DNA of 64,000 bases from Bacteroidia bacterium (GTDB lineage: Bacteria; Bacteroidota; Bacteroidia; NS11-12g; UBA955). Of this stretch, positions 26,634-38,053 are shown in pieces. The notes beneath the pieces are model-generated. The model saw nothing but the letters and a program-made list of their open reading frames with translations, had not been told where the DNA came from and did not search any database. The stretch covers positions 4,762 through 68,761 of the forward strand of contig JBIKPR010000004.1 of assembly GCA_044357345.1 (NCBI GenBank), written 5' to 3'. Within the stretch, counting starts at the first letter, position 1. Each line of letters begins with the position of its first letter. The position numbers and the translations under genes were made by a program.

Positions 26634-28478
26634 TTATTCAACAGTTACTGACTTCGCCAAGTTTCTAGGCTGGTCTACATTACAGCCTCTCAATACAGCT
26701 ATATGGTAACTTAACAATTGCAATGGAATGGTAGACAACAATGGTGTAAGTGCTTCTTCCGTATCAGGTATTTCAATAACATGGTCTGCCATTGCGCGTA
26801 CTTGGGTATCGCCTTCAGTAACGATGGCTATAATTTTACCTTTACGGGCTTTTACTTCTTGAATATTGCTCATCACCTTTTCGTACATGCCACGTTTTGG
26901 TGCAATGACCACCACGGGCATTTCTTCGTCAATCAAAGCAATAGGTCCGTGCTTCATTTCTGCAGCAGGGTAGCCTTCCGCGTGTATATAAGAGATTTCT
27001 TTTAATTTAAGTGCTCCTTCTAAAGCTACAGGGAAATTAACGCCTCTGCCTAGGTATAAGAAATTTCTAGCATCTTTGTAAATGGCTGCGATTTTCATTA
27101 CCTCGTCATTGGTCTTCAAGCATCTCTCTACCAATTGTGGAATTGCTTCTAATTCACTTAAAGTAGTTCTTAAACGGTCTTGAGAAATTGCACCTCTAAT
27201 TTGGGCAACTGACAATGCCATTAAGGTTAAAACAGAAACTTGAGCCGTAAAAGCCTTGGTCGATGCAACACCAATTTCAGGACCTGCGTGCGTGTAGGCT
27301 CCTGCGTGACTCATGCGTGGGATTGAAGATCCAACCACATTGCAAACCCCAAATACTGTTGCCCCTTTTTCTTTAGCCAATTCCATTGCTGCCAAAGTAT
27401 CTGCGGTTTCTCCACTTTGAGAAATGGCAATTACTAAATCATCCGGATAAATAATCGGATTGCGGTATCGAAACTCAGATGCGTACTCAACTTCAACAGG
27501 AATTCTGGCGAACTCTTCAAATAAATATTCCCCCACCAAAGCAGCATGCCAACTGGTTCCACAACCTATTAATATCAGACGTTTAACATTGCGCAATTTG
27601 TCTTCATATTCATGGATACTGCGCATGGCAAACTTTCCTTGAATTGAATCAATACGGCCGCGAATACTATCGTGAATTGACTTTGGTTGCTCATATATCT
27701 CCTTCAACATAAAGTGGGGATATCCACCTTTCTCAATTTGTTCTAAATTGATTTCAAGTTTTTGAATAAAAGGAGTCTTGGTAACATTGTCGATGGTCTT
27801 AACACTTAATTGACCATCTTTTATAATCGCAATTTCACCATCATTTAAATAGAACACATCACGCGTGTATTCAACGATTGGTGTTGCATCACTGGCCATA
27901 AAATACTCTCCTGGTTGATCGCCAATACCAACCACCAAAGGACTTCCTTTACGGGCTGCTATCAGTTTTGCAGGTTCATTCTTAACCAAAATAACAATAG
28001 CGTATGCGCCAATAACTTGATTGAGCGCCAAACGAACCGATTCATCAATTGAAATATTTTCATTGATTTGTATGTCTTCAATCAAATGAATTAAGACTTC
28101 GGTATCGGTATCACTTTCAAAAATATGACCGCGGTGCTGCAATTCTTCTTTAATGGTCGCATAATTCTCAATAATACCATTGTGGATAACGGCTAAATTT
28201 TTGGACTGGGATAAATGCGGATGCGCATTAGCATTATTTGGCTCTCCGTGGGTTGCCCAGCGTGTATGACCCATACCAATATGACCCAACACATCTTTAC
28301 CTTCCACTGAGGCCTCTAAATCAGCAACCTTGCCCTTTGTTTTATATATATTTAATTCATCGTTGTGAATTAATGCGACACCAGCACTATCATACCCTCT
28401 GTATTCAAGTCTCTTTAGACCTTTAACAATAATTGGGTAAGCTTCTTTGGGTCCAATGTAAGATACGATTCCACACAT
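26634..28478 (-). CDS. glmS: glutamine--fructose-6-phosphate aminotransferase (isomerizing)
   Basis: MCGIVSYIG N-terminal nucleophile, two SIS domains, C-terminal NLAKSVTVE. 614 aa. Confidence 0.95.
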   Translation of the reverse strand: MCGIVSYIGPKEAYPIIVKGLKRLEYRGYDSAGVALIHNDELNIYKTKGKVADLEASVEGKDVLGHIGMGHTRWATHGEPNNANAHPHLSQSKNLAVIHNGIIENYATIKEELQHRGHIFESDTDTEVLIHLIEDIQINENISIDESVRLALNQVIGAYAIVILVKNEPAKLIAARKGSPLVVGIGDQPGEYFMASDATPIVEYTRDVFYLNDGEIAIIKDGQLSVKTIDNVTKTPFIQKLEINLEQIEKGGYPHFMLKEIYEQPKSIHDSIRGRIDSIQGKFAMRSIHEYEDKLRNVKRLILIGCGTSWHAALVGEYLFEEFARIPVEVEYASEFRYRNPIIYPDDLVIAISQSGETADTLAAMELAKEKGATVFGVCNVVGSSIPRMSHAGAYTHAGPEIGVASTKAFTAQVSVLTLMALSVAQIRGAISQDRLRTTLSELEAIPQLVERCLKTNDEVMKIAAIYKDARNFLYLGRGVNFPVALEGALKLKEISYIHAEGYPAAEMKHGPIALIDEEMPVVVIAPKRGMYEKVMSNIQEVKARKGKIIAIVTEGDTQVRAMADHVIEIPDTEEALTPLLSTIPLQLLSYHIAVLRGCNVDQPRNLAKSVTVE

Positions 28479-28590
28479 GTTTTTTAAAGTTATTAATTAT
28501 GCAATAATAATTAAAAGTCTTTTTTAATTGAACTCCATTTATAAACAATCTCTGTCGAATGATGCTGTGGATTGATTAAAAAATAGAGCA

Positions 28591-28620
28591 CAAAAAAAGG
28601 GATACATTACATCCCTTTTA
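28591..28620 (-). terminator. rho-independent terminator ending the acc operon
   Basis: Stem AAAAGGGAT (28595-28603) pairs with ATCCCTTTT (28611-28619) around a 7-nt loop. On the minus strand a T-run follows (A-run 28592-28598 on the plus strand). Confidence 0.7.
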
Positions 28621-28637
28621 AATATTTTTATTGTTGG

Positions 28638-29027
28638 CTATTGTTTTACCATTACAAAGGTTTCAAGATTGCCCTTTGGCATAAAGCTTTGAGGTCTATC
28701 CTTATCGTCTTCACCAAAGCGAATTCTTACTTTTGTAGGTCCCATAAATTCAAACAAGCCTTTGTTGGTAAACAAACTTTCACCAGTTATTCGGTCAATT
28801 TGAGCAATGTCAATTTTCTTAGGCCAGGCAACAGCCGTATCTATTTTGTATTTATAGGAAATTGTATCTGCTTGGTGTGCTACTTTTAACACACTGTCAT
28901 TCACAAAATGATAGCTGTACATATCGCCTTTTTTGGATACTTTCCATACACCTCTAAGTGTATCAGATTCAGCAGCCTTAACATAAAAAGCAAAACTCAA
29001 GAAACTAAAAAGAAATAGATATTTCAT
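28638..29027 (-). CDS. hypothetical secreted protein
   Basis: Signal peptide MKYLFLFSFLSFAFYVKA from ATG (CAT 29025-29027), 4 nt after the accC stop. Lipocalin/TIGR03067-like GVWKV pattern. No confident family. Confidence 0.5.
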   Translation of the reverse strand: MKYLFLFSFLSFAFYVKAAESDTLRGVWKVSKKGDMYSYHFVNDSVLKVAHQADTISYKYKIDTAVAWPKKIDIAQIDRITGESLFTNKGLFEFMGPTKVRIRFGEDDKDRPQSFMPKGNLETFVMVKQ

Positions 29028-29031
29028 GCTA

Positions 29032-30372
29032 TTATGGTTTGAATTCAAATGTATTCATAAAGGCAGTGGTGAAGTTGCCATCTCTGAAGTCTTTATTAGC
29101 CATGATTTGTCTTTGCAAAGGAATAGATGTATGAACACCTTCAATCACAAATTCTTCTAAAGCTCTTTCCATTTTTACGATACACTCCTCACGTGTTTGA
29201 GCGCTAACAATTAGTTTAGCAATCATACTGTCGTAGTTTGCAGGAATTACGTAATTCGCATAAGCATGTGTGTCAACACGAATACCGTGTCCACCAGGTA
29301 TATGAAAATTAATAATTTTACCTGGACTCGGTCTGAAGTTATTGTATGGATCCTCAGCATTGATACGACACTCGATAGCGTGTTTCATTGGCTCATAATC
29401 TTTACCTGAGATTGGTTGGCCTGCTGCGATCAAAATTTGCTCTTTAACTAAGTCGTAATTGATTACTTCTTCAGTAACAGGATGCTCAACTTGAATACGT
29501 GTATTCATTTCCATGAAATAGAAATTACGGTGCTTGTCTACCAAAAATTCAACTGTACCAACTCCTTCGTAGTTGATGCATTGCGCAGCCTTCTTAGCCG
29601 CATCTCCCATCTTCTTGCGCAATTCAGGCGTCATAAATGGAGATGGCGATTCTTCTATAAGCTTTTGATGTCTTCTCTGAATGCTGCAATCCCTTTCACT
29701 TAAATGACACACCTTTCCATATTGGTCGCCAGCAATCTGAATCTCTATATGTCTTGGATCTTCAATGTATTTCTCCATGTAAATACCATCGTTTCCAAAA
29801 GCTGCGGCAGCTTCTGTTTTTGCAGAATCCCAAGCTTTTTCAAACTCTTCATCTTTCCAAATAATGCGCATTCCTCTACCTCCACCACCAGCTGTTGCTT
29901 TGATGATAACTGGGTAACCAATTGTTTGAGCCAATTTGATCCCCTCTTCAAATGTACTAAGCAAACCTTCACTACCTGGAATGGTAGGAACACCTGCTTT
30001 AATCATGCTGTCTTTGGCATTGCTTTTATCGCCCATACCGTTGATTTGTTCAGGTGTTGCACCAATAAATTTGATGCCATGGTCTTTGCAGACTTGGCTA
30101 AATTTGGCGTTTTCACTTAAAAAACCATAACCTGGATGAATCGCATCTGCATTGGTGATTTCAGCTGCAGCTATGATACTTGAAATTTTTAAATAAGATT
30201 GAGCACTCGGTGCAGGTCCTATACAAACTGCCTCATCAGCAAAACGAACATGCAAACTTTCTTTATCTGCTGTGCTATATACCGCAACAGTTTTAATGCC
30301 CATCTCTTTACAAGTACGGATGATACGCAATGCGATTTCACCCCTATTGGCGATTAATATTTTCTTAAACAT
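29032..30372 (-). CDS. accC: acetyl-CoA carboxylase biotin carboxylase subunit
   Basis: [17 protein letters not shown] start (CAT 30370-30372), ATP-grasp motifs GGGGRGMR and [14 protein letters not shown]. Confidence 0.92.
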   Translation of the reverse strand: MFKKILIANRGEIALRIIRTCKEMGIKTVAVYSTADKESLHVRFADEAVCIGPAPSAQSYLKISSIIAAAEITNADAIHPGYGFLSENAKFSQVCKDHGIKFIGATPEQINGMGDKSNAKDSMIKAGVPTIPGSEGLLSTFEEGIKLAQTIGYPVIIKATAGGGGRGMRIIWKDEEFEKAWDSAKTEAAAAFGNDGIYMEKYIEDPRHIEIQIAGDQYGKVCHLSERDCSIQRRHQKLIEESPSPFMTPELRKKMGDAAKKAAQCINYEGVGTVEFLVDKHRNFYFMEMNTRIQVEHPVTEEVINYDLVKEQILIAAGQPISGKDYEPMKHAIECRINAEDPYNNFRPSPGKIINFHIPGGHGIRVDTHAYANYVIPANYDSMIAKLIVSAQTREECIVKMERALEEFVIEGVHTSIPLQRQIMANKDFRDGNFTTAFMNTFEFKP

Positions 30373-30459
30373 AGAATTGTATTTATTTGTAATTTGAACC
30401 AAATGGTGCTGCGTTTGCACGCAAAAAGCCATTGAATCAAACCAAACTGTTGTTAAAAA

Positions 30460-30939
30460 TTAGTTAGGTTCTACTAAAAATAAAGGTTGGTCGTATTCTA
30501 CAGGACTAGCATTATCTACCAATACCTTTACAATTTTACCACTTACTTCAGATTCAATTTCATTGAACAATTTCATTGCTTCAATGATGCAAACTGCTTG
30601 ACCAACTTTCACCTCGTCGCCAACATTCACAAACGATGGTTTATCAGGTGAAGATGAACGGTAGAACGTTCCAATCATTGGCGATTTAATGGTAATTAAA
30701 TTGCTGGCTGGGGCTTCTGCAGCTGGAGCAGCATTCACTTCTGCAACTGGTGCTGCGCTAGCTGGCAAAGCTGCTGGAGCAGGTGCTGCGGTAGCTTGAA
30801 TGTACTGAGGTGCTTGAATTACATTGGTTGCTGGTTTGCGAATAACCAATTTAAAATCTTTTTTTTCAATTTCCACTTCTCCAACATTCTTTTGTGAAGA
30901 GACAAATCTAATTAGGTTTTCTATTTCTTTAATATCCAT
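30460..30939 (-). CDS. accB: acetyl-CoA carboxylase biotin carboxyl carrier protein
   Basis: Ala/Pro-rich linker and the biotinylation motif CIIEAMKLFNEIE. Confidence 0.9.
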   Translation of the reverse strand: MDIKEIENLIRFVSSQKNVGEVEIEKKDFKLVIRKPATNVIQAPQYIQATAAPAPAALPASAAPVAEVNAAPAAEAPASNLITIKSPMIGTFYRSSSPDKPSFVNVGDEVKVGQAVCIIEAMKLFNEIESEVSGKIVKVLVDNASPVEYDQPLFLVEPN

Positions 30940-30969
30940 AATGAAGTTGTGTTGTATGCGAATTTATAA

Positions 30970-31980
30970 TTATTTTTCGTTTGAAGGACTATCGTAAGCC
31001 CATTTAATGTAAATACTGCCCCAAGTAAATCCGCCGCCAAATGATGCTAAGATTAAATTATCTCCTTTTTTAAATAATTTCTCAAAATCCCAAAACAACA
31101 AAGGTATTGTGCCACTTGTAGTATTTCCATAGTGTTGAATGTTCATCAGTACCTTTTCTGAAGGTAGATTCATTTTCTCAGCTGTATAATCGATAATGCG
31201 TTTGTTGGCTTGATGCGCTAGTAAGTAAGTAACATCATCGGCTGTCAAATCATTTCTTTCCATAATTTTGGTAGAAACATCGGCCATATTGGTGGTCGCA
31301 AATTTGAACACAGTTTTTCCTTCTTGGTAAACATAATGTTCGCGTGCATCAATGGTTTCGTGTGATGGTGGCTTCAAAGACCCCCCCGCTTTTTGGTGTA
31401 AAAATTCTCTTCCAGACCCGTCAGATTTTAAGATTGTATCTATAACACCATATCCCTCATCATTTGGTTCTAGCAAAACAGCGCCACCTCCATCTCCAAA
31501 AATGATGCAGGTATTTCTGTCGGTGTAATCAGTAATGGCACTCATTTTATCACATCCACATACAACAACTTTTTTGTATTTACCTGACTCTATGTATTTT
31601 GAACCAATATCCAATGAATATAAAAAACCACTGCAAGCAGCAGAAACGTCAAAACTCCAGGCATTTTTTGCCCCAACTTTATCACAAACTATATTAGCAG
31701 TTGATGGAAAAATCATATCCCCAGTTACGGTACCAACAATTAACAAGTCGATATCCAAAGCTGATATGCCTCTCTTTTGCAGCAGTTCGTTAACAGCATG
31801 CATAACCATATCTGAAGTTGCTAAACCTGGTACGTCTAAAATTCTGCGTTCTTTAATACCAGTTCTAGACATTATCCATTCATCGTTGGTATCAACTAAT
31901 TTCTCTAAATCAAAATTGGTTAACTTTTTATCAGGAACGTATCCTCCGATTGCGGTAATTGCTGCAGTAATTTTGCCCAT
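30970..31980 (-). CDS. fabH: 3-oxoacyl-ACP synthase III
   Basis: Active-site AACSGF, HQAN, and GNTTSGTIPL motifs. 336 aa. Confidence 0.9.
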   Translation of the reverse strand: MGKITAAITAIGGYVPDKKLTNFDLEKLVDTNDEWIMSRTGIKERRILDVPGLATSDMVMHAVNELLQKRGISALDIDLLIVGTVTGDMIFPSTANIVCDKVGAKNAWSFDVSAACSGFLYSLDIGSKYIESGKYKKVVVCGCDKMSAITDYTDRNTCIIFGDGGGAVLLEPNDEGYGVIDTILKSDGSGREFLHQKAGGSLKPPSHETIDAREHYVYQEGKTVFKFATTNMADVSTKIMERNDLTADDVTYLLAHQANKRIIDYTAEKMNLPSEKVLMNIQHYGNTTSGTIPLLFWDFEKLFKKGDNLILASFGGGFTWGSIYIKWAYDSPSNEK

Positions 31981-32037
31981 TAATGTGTAAAAGCTTGTTT
32001 TAAGCGGTGCAAATTATAAATAAGATTTGAAAAAATA

Positions 32038-32976
32038 TCAAAAAGATTGTTTTATTTTATCGATAAGCTTTGAATTCACCACATCTTTGGCCAATCTAAA
32101 CATACTTGTGAAAGTTTCACTTTTTGAAATTCCATGACCGATTATTACCGGTTCATTGACACCAAGAATTGCTGTTCCGCCATATTGATTAAAATCAAAA
32201 CGATCTAAATACGGATGTTGGATACCCAATTTGCAAAGGTTTGTATAAACACCCTCACAAACTTTTAAAATTATATTGCCTGTTGATCCATCGCAAACAA
32301 TTACATCTGCAACGTCGTTGAATATATCACGCCCCTCAATATTTCCAACGAAATTAATTCGGTCGTTTGATTCCATTAAAGGATAAGTTGCTTGATGCAA
32401 AATATTCCCTTTTTCTTTTTCTTCACCGATGCTCAACAAGGCTACTTTGGGGTTGTTAATTCCATATACCATTTGGGCATATACTGATCCAAGAATTGCA
32501 AATTGATTCAAAACCTCAGGTTTACAATCGGCATTTGCCCCAACATCCAATAACAAACCAAAACCTCCGCTCATTTTAGGAAGTAGAGATGCGATGGTAG
32601 GTCGTTGAACCCCCTCAATGGTCTTAACTGAAAATATTGAGCCAACCAACATAGCGCCAGTATTACCAGCGCCTATGAATGCTTCAATTTGTTGTTCTGC
32701 TAAATAGCGGTAGGCAACGTTAATACTTGAGTTTTTTTTGTGGGCAATAGCCTTAGTGGCGTGCTCACCCATGTCAATCACCTCTTTTGCATGAACTATT
32801 TCCAAAGTACCCTCTGGCAAGCCAAGTTCTTGCATACAAGCTAATATTCGGTCTTTGTGACCGAACAAAACCGGAATAACATCAGGCATTTCCTGCCTTG
32901 CTGCTACCGCACCTTTTACCGCTTCAAGAGGTGCAAAATCACCTCCCATAGCATCTAAACCGATACGCATGGCCAT
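32038..32976 (-). CDS. plsX: phosphate acyltransferase
   Basis: RIGLDAMGGDFAP N-terminus. Its position rpmF-plsX-fabH is conserved. Confidence 0.9.
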   Translation of the reverse strand: MAMRIGLDAMGGDFAPLEAVKGAVAARQEMPDVIPVLFGHKDRILACMQELGLPEGTLEIVHAKEVIDMGEHATKAIAHKKNSSINVAYRYLAEQQIEAFIGAGNTGAMLVGSIFSVKTIEGVQRPTIASLLPKMSGGFGLLLDVGANADCKPEVLNQFAILGSVYAQMVYGINNPKVALLSIGEEKEKGNILHQATYPLMESNDRINFVGNIEGRDIFNDVADVIVCDGSTGNIILKVCEGVYTNLCKLGIQHPYLDRFDFNQYGGTAILGVNEPVIIGHGISKSETFTSMFRLAKDVVNSKLIDKIKQSF

Positions 32977-32982
32977 GCTAGA

Positions 32983-33165
32983 TTAGTCGTTACGACCTTT
33001 CATCACTTTGACACCACGGTACATACCTGTTTCCAAGTTTACACGGTGATACAAAGAAATGTCGCCAGTTGTAGGATCAGCGATAAACTGTTTGTTGTCC
33101 AGGTTGTGGTGAGTCCTGCGTTTGTCCCTTCTGGTGCGCGATATTTTTCGTTTAGGATTTGGCAT
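32983..33165 (-). CDS. rpmF: 50S ribosomal protein L32
   Basis: MPNPKRKISRTRRDKRRTH, 60 aa. Confidence 0.9.
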   Translation of the reverse strand: MPNPKRKISRTRRDKRRTHHNLDNKQFIADPTTGDISLYHRVNLETGMYRGVKVMKGRND

Positions 33166-33193
33166 TTTATTTTATATTATTTTTAAAAAATTG

Positions 33194-33709
33194 TTATTCG
33201 TCTTCATCTTCTTCATCAGTATCTCTCTCAGGTTGGTCATTTGGTATTGTATCCACATCTATGTAACTTGTGATCTTGTCTGTAACCGCTGGGTCACAAA
33301 CCAATCCAATATTAGCACATGTTTTCTTTATCGGCAAAGATAAATACACAAAGTCAAATACATGCTGGGCAATATTCAACTTGTAGTCATGTGGCGATAA
33401 GTACAATAAATCATCTTCATTCTCTTTTGGATGCTCCGTTATTTTAACCAACACTGTGTGTTTGCTTTTAATCGGTAATCCAATTCTTGTTAAACATCTG
33501 TCACAATCCAATTCAATTGTGCCTTTTAAATCAAATACCAATGTAAACATAGAATTTGACTTGATGAATAACAAGCTGAGAACAATGTCCTGCCCTGTTA
33601 AAGAACTGTTGAACGCCTTGAAAAATGGCTCGGATATCTGGTACTCAAAATGGTGCTCGCCCTCTTTAAGTTTAATGAACTCTATATCAAATTCTCTTAG
33701 TACATCCAT
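33194..33709 (-). CDS. yceD: YceD/DUF177 family protein
   Basis: Conserved position upstream of rpmF. CDRCL motif and an acidic C-terminal tail. Confidence 0.72.
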   Translation of the reverse strand: MDVLREFDIEFIKLKEGEHHFEYQISEPFFKAFNSSLTGQDIVLSLLFIKSNSMFTLVFDLKGTIELDCDRCLTRIGLPIKSKHTVLVKITEHPKENEDDLLYLSPHDYKLNIAQHVFDFVYLSLPIKKTCANIGLVCDPAVTDKITSYIDVDTIPNDQPERDTDEEDEDE

Positions 33710-33809
33710 ATATCAGAACTCGTTTTTAAAACGGACTGCAAAGGTAGTGGATGCGGTATTATTTTCCAAAATTATTATAAACCTGATTATCAGCTACTTG
33801 CGTCAAATG

Positions 33810-36398
33810 TTAAAACTGTTGTCCAATAAAGAAATGGAACTGGCCTGGCTTGGTCGTTAGACCAGTATTTAAGGTTTTCCAATCAAATCCATAGGCATAA
33901 TCCAATCCCAACAATCCAAACATTGGCAAGAACAATCTAATACCAACACCCGCACTTCTTTTTAAATCAAATGGATTATATGTTCTGGTATTTACCCATG
34001 CATTACCTCCCTCCACAAACGCTTGTAAATAAATAGATGCACTTGGTGAATTGGTTACCGGGAATCTTAACTCACAGGTGAATTTATTGAATATTGCCGC
34101 CCCTGAATTGCTTGATCCGCCTACTGCATTTTCAGTTATCGTTCTGTCTGGATATCCACGCAGAGAAATAATTTCTGTTCCTATTTGTCCAAAACTATTC
34201 AATCCACTTCCTCCAACCATGAAACGCTCAAATGGCGACAAGCCAATGTCTTTGTTGTAATAACCCAAATATCCAAATCGCATCTTTGTGGCCAAAACAA
34301 ATTTACCAAATACTTTGTGGTATTGCTCTGCATCAAACTTCCATTTGTGGTATTCTATCCATTTGTATTTTTCATTTAATGAAACTGTTGAATAGTCTTT
34401 GTTGCTAAACTTAGAAATTGGTGGCGTTGCGGCCAAACTGAAAGTAAATGTTGATCCCCCTGTTGGAAATATTGGTTCATTAACAGAACTTCTGCTCAAC
34501 ACATATTTAAATTCGACGTTGTTGCTCCTGCCAGAATTCAATTGTAAACCAAATGCACCATTTGCGTTGTTCAATTCATATTGTTGTAAGCTAAAGGAAT
34601 AAAATGCAGAGAAATAATCATCAGGCCATCTTAAACGTTTCCCCAATGACAATGAAAATCCCGTAATCTTAATAAACCGTTTGTCTGGGTCAGTTCTCGG
34701 CCTCGCGTCAAACGATTGATTGGTTCTATACAAACTGGTGGTAAACGAATTTGGCTTCTTTCCACCAAACCATGGCTCAGTAAATGAAAAATTGTATGAT
34801 TGATAATACAATCCATTCGATTGCGCTCTAATGCTTAATTTTTGTCCATCTCCTGATGGAAGTGGATTCCACATAGAAGGATGGAATAATTTACGGGTTG
34901 AAAAATTATTCAGAGTTAATCCAAGTGTTCCAACCAAACCGCCATACCCATATGACTGACCTTGGATTGCATTCCTATTGTTTCCACCCCAACCTCCTGA
35001 CAATTCAATTTGGTCGTTGGCCTTTTCAGAAACTGTATACTCTATATCTACTGTGCCAGCTGCTGGATTTGGTATAGGATTTACCCCCATGGCCTGAGGA
35101 TCAAAATAGCCCAATTGAGACAATTCTCGAATTGACCTTTGGATGTCACTTCTAGAAAACTTCTGACCAGGTCTTGTTCTCAATTCACGCAAAACCACAT
35201 GGTCGCTGGTCTTCGTATTCCCTTTAACTATAATTTTATTGTAAACGGCTTGTGAACGCTCAATTATTCTAATTTCTATGTCAATACTGTCGTTTTCTAC
35301 TTTTACCTCTACAGGTGTTACGCCGAAAAACAAATAACCGTCATCCATATACAAACTAGAAATATCTGTTCCGTTTGGACTGAAATACAAACGTTCATCC
35401 AATACTGTTTGATCGTATATATCACCTTTCTTTATACCAAGAACTCTTCCTAAGTCAGTGCTGCTGTATTTATTGTTTCCAGTAAATGTAACATTTCTGA
35501 AATAGTACTTTCTGCCTTCATTAACACCAATTTTAATCACCACCTTACTAGGACTGATGCGCACAACAGAGTCAAATGAAATGCTTGCATCTCTATAGCC
35601 TTTGCTATTGTATTTTGTAATGACGCTTTTCAATTCTTCTTTATAGGTTTCTTCAACAAATTTTGAAGAGGCAAACAAATTGATTTTTTTACGTTGGCGC
35701 TTGGTTTTCTTTAAACTGCGCCTTAAATCTTGGTCTGCCACATCGGTGTTGCCAACAAACTCAATGTCGTATACTTTTACCTTTTTGCCCTTGTCTATCG
35801 CAATACGTAAAATATCTTTATTTGGCGTGGTGTCCGCCTCTTGTTTGAAATCGATTGTCACACCATAGTACCCTTTTTTATAATAATGGCTTTTGATTTC
35901 ACGTCTCAACTTGTTCAACATATCCTCGTTAATCACCATACCTGCTTTGACACTTAATTCTTCGCGCAAAGTTTTAGCCTCCGACTTTCCTATTCCACGT
36001 ATACCAAAGCGCGCTAAACGTGGACGCTCTTGCACCTCGATCACCAAATAAATCTTCCCGTCAACTATTTTCTTTGCATACACACTGACAAATGAAAAAT
36101 AGCCTTGTTTCCACAGATTTTCAATAGCCTGTGATATTTCGTTTCCTGGCACCTTTATGCGCTGGTTAAAAGACAATCCAGTATTAAAAACGATGATGTT
36201 TTTATCAATGTACTTATTGCCTTTGGTTTCAATCGATACAATGGTATATTCTTTTGGCTTGTTATAATCCAAAGGAAGATAATTCCGTGTAGAGTCTTGA
36301 GCCCTCAGTGTTGCTACACCGAAAATAGCATGCAGGCAGAAAACAAGCGTTAATGCAAGGTTTTTCCTATGGTTTAATTTGATCACTTGTTTTTCCAA
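33810..36398 (-). CDS. bamA: outer membrane protein assembly factor BamA
   Basis: 862 aa with a signal peptide, POTRA repeats and an Omp85 C-terminal barrel ending FHFFIGQQF. It lies downstream of uppS, as is typical. Confidence 0.88.
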   Translation of the reverse strand: MEKQVIKLNHRKNLALTLVFCLHAIFGVATLRAQDSTRNYLPLDYNKPKEYTIVSIETKGNKYIDKNIIVFNTGLSFNQRIKVPGNEISQAIENLWKQGYFSFVSVYAKKIVDGKIYLVIEVQERPRLARFGIRGIGKSEAKTLREELSVKAGMVINEDMLNKLRREIKSHYYKKGYYGVTIDFKQEADTTPNKDILRIAIDKGKKVKVYDIEFVGNTDVADQDLRRSLKKTKRQRKKINLFASSKFVEETYKEELKSVITKYNSKGYRDASISFDSVVRISPSKVVIKIGVNEGRKYYFRNVTFTGNNKYSSTDLGRVLGIKKGDIYDQTVLDERLYFSPNGTDISSLYMDDGYLFFGVTPVEVKVENDSIDIEIRIIERSQAVYNKIIVKGNTKTSDHVVLRELRTRPGQKFSRSDIQRSIRELSQLGYFDPQAMGVNPIPNPAAGTVDIEYTVSEKANDQIELSGGWGGNNRNAIQGQSYGYGGLVGTLGLTLNNFSTRKLFHPSMWNPLPSGDGQKLSIRAQSNGLYYQSYNFSFTEPWFGGKKPNSFTTSLYRTNQSFDARPRTDPDKRFIKITGFSLSLGKRLRWPDDYFSAFYSFSLQQYELNNANGAFGLQLNSGRSNNVEFKYVLSRSSVNEPIFPTGGSTFTFSLAATPPISKFSNKDYSTVSLNEKYKWIEYHKWKFDAEQYHKVFGKFVLATKMRFGYLGYYNKDIGLSPFERFMVGGSGLNSFGQIGTEIISLRGYPDRTITENAVGGSSNSGAAIFNKFTCELRFPVTNSPSASIYLQAFVEGGNAWVNTRTYNPFDLKRSAGVGIRLFLPMFGLLGLDYAYGFDWKTLNTGLTTKPGQFHFFIGQQF

Positions 36399-37137
36399 AT
36401 CTTCTTTCGCGTTTTTGATAGTCTACAATCGCTTGGTAAAATGCTTCTTGGTCAAATTCAGGCCAATAAATATCGGTGAAATAAAATTCACCATATGCCA
36501 TTTCCCAAAGCATAAAATTACTGATGCGGAATTCCCCGCTGGTTCTTATTAACAAATCTGGCTCCGGTAAGGTTCCAGTATTTAAGCTTTCACTGATTAC
36601 TTTTTCGTTGATGTCTTCAACCTTAATGCTGCCATTTTGAACGGATTCTGCAATTTGTTTGGTTGCTTGAACGATATCCCAACGGGCACTATAGTTTAAG
36701 GCCAAAACCAAATCCATGCTGTCATTATTTGCGGTTAAAGCCATCGCTTCCTGCAACTCATTGTAAGCGTCCTTTGGCAAAGCCTCAATATTGCCAATGG
36801 TGCGCAAACGGATGTTGTTTTTTTGCAAGGTTGCAACCTCTTTTCGAATGGTTCTAACCAAAAGCGCCATTATGGCTTTCACTTCCAGTTGAGGTCTATT
36901 CCAATTCTCGGTACTAAAGGTATACAAGGTCAAATACTTAACCCCCAAACGCGCCGCTGTTTCTGCCACTGTTCGAACCGATTTAACGCCATACTCGTGG
37001 CCTACAACCCTAGGCAGTGCTCTTTTTTTTGCCCATCTCCCATTACCATCCATGATAATGGCAATGTGTTTCGGTAATTTCTCTCGATCTATTAAAGGTA
37101 AAAGACTATCGGTCGGCATCTGCTGAGCTCTAAGCAT
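36367..37137 (-). CDS. uppS: isoprenyl transferase (undecaprenyl diphosphate synthase)
   Basis: HIAIIMDGNGRWA, FSTENWNRP and RTSGEFRISNFMLWE motifs. Confidence 0.9.
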   Translation of the reverse strand: MLRAQQMPTDSLLPLIDREKLPKHIAIIMDGNGRWAKKRALPRVVGHEYGVKSVRTVAETAARLGVKYLTLYTFSTENWNRPQLEVKAIMALLVRTIRKEVATLQKNNIRLRTIGNIEALPKDAYNELQEAMALTANNDSMDLVLALNYSARWDIVQATKQIAESVQNGSIKVEDINEKVISESLNTGTLPEPDLLIRTSGEFRISNFMLWEMAYGEFYFTDIYWPEFDQEAFYQAIVDYQKRERRFGKTSDQIKP

Positions 37138-37195
37138 GCAAAAGTATGATTTATTTTCCGAAAATTATAACGAAGTTAATCGCAATTAGTTACAC

Positions 37196-38032
37196 TTACA
37201 AACCTGAACATGGGTCGCCTATTACATTCCTAAATGTAATGGTAATTCCCACCATGAAATACCAATCTTTTAAATTGGGGTCTCCCCTCATAAACCCACC
37301 TTTTATGGGCTTGTTGTTGTTTAAAGTTTCAGGGTGTGAGTAGTCGCCAGCCCCAGAGCCCTGTTTAGCAACGATTGCATTGTAATCGACATATTGTCCT
37401 TTTGTGTCGTCAAGATAATCGGTGAATGTTTTTCGAAAACCCATTTCCAATCCGATGACTGTTCGGCGTTTTACATTAAATTTATACCCCAAGCCGAATG
37501 TCAAGGATGGCTGTATTAATGCATATTGTCTTTTGTTGTTTACATTCTGTCCTTCCGTTCCGATATCTCTTAATTCCAACTTATCGCCACTTGGCAATCG
37601 TTGTACTGGATTAAACATAAACATATTAAAACCGGCAAACACAAATGTGGTCGATTTTTCTTCATGCTGATTGGCATTGATTCCGAAAGGTTTGAAATTG
37701 AATTCTACATTGTAACCCAATTCATAAATATTACTTTCAAATGAAATATTTCTATATTTATTGGCCGAAAAATTTTGATCACTGCCTGAAATACTGGCAT
37801 AGGTAAACTGATATCTGCTGCTGAAATATTTTGAATGGTGGTATTTGTACATCAGTCCAATTGCTGGATGTGACTCTGACCAAACTATCTCGGGAGCAAT
37901 GTCTCCTGTATAATTACTGGCACCTAAAAAAAGGCCAAACTCTGTTACGCCATTCCTGAACCTTTGCGCATAAGCATCAAAGGACAACAGCATAGACAGC
38001 AGTGTCAAAAACCTAAAATTAAAATAAAGCAC
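37196..38032 (-). CDS. outer-membrane beta-barrel protein (DUF6089-like), paralogue 1
   Basis: Signal peptide and beta-barrel periodicity. It shares the motif R-K-T-F-T-D-Y-L-D-D with the adjacent gene. The family name is from memory. Confidence 0.55.
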   Translation of the reverse strand: MLYFNFRFLTLLSMLLSFDAYAQRFRNGVTEFGLFLGASNYTGDIAPEIVWSESHPAIGLMYKYHHSKYFSSRYQFTYASISGSDQNFSANKYRNISFESNIYELGYNVEFNFKPFGINANQHEEKSTTFVFAGFNMFMFNPVQRLPSGDKLELRDIGTEGQNVNNKRQYALIQPSLTFGLGYKFNVKRRTVIGLEMGFRKTFTDYLDDTKGQYVDYNAIVAKQGSGAGDYSHPETLNNNKPIKGGFMRGDPNLKDWYFMVGITITFRNVIGDPCSGL

Positions 38033-38053
38033 GTGTAGTTTTTTCCCGATAGG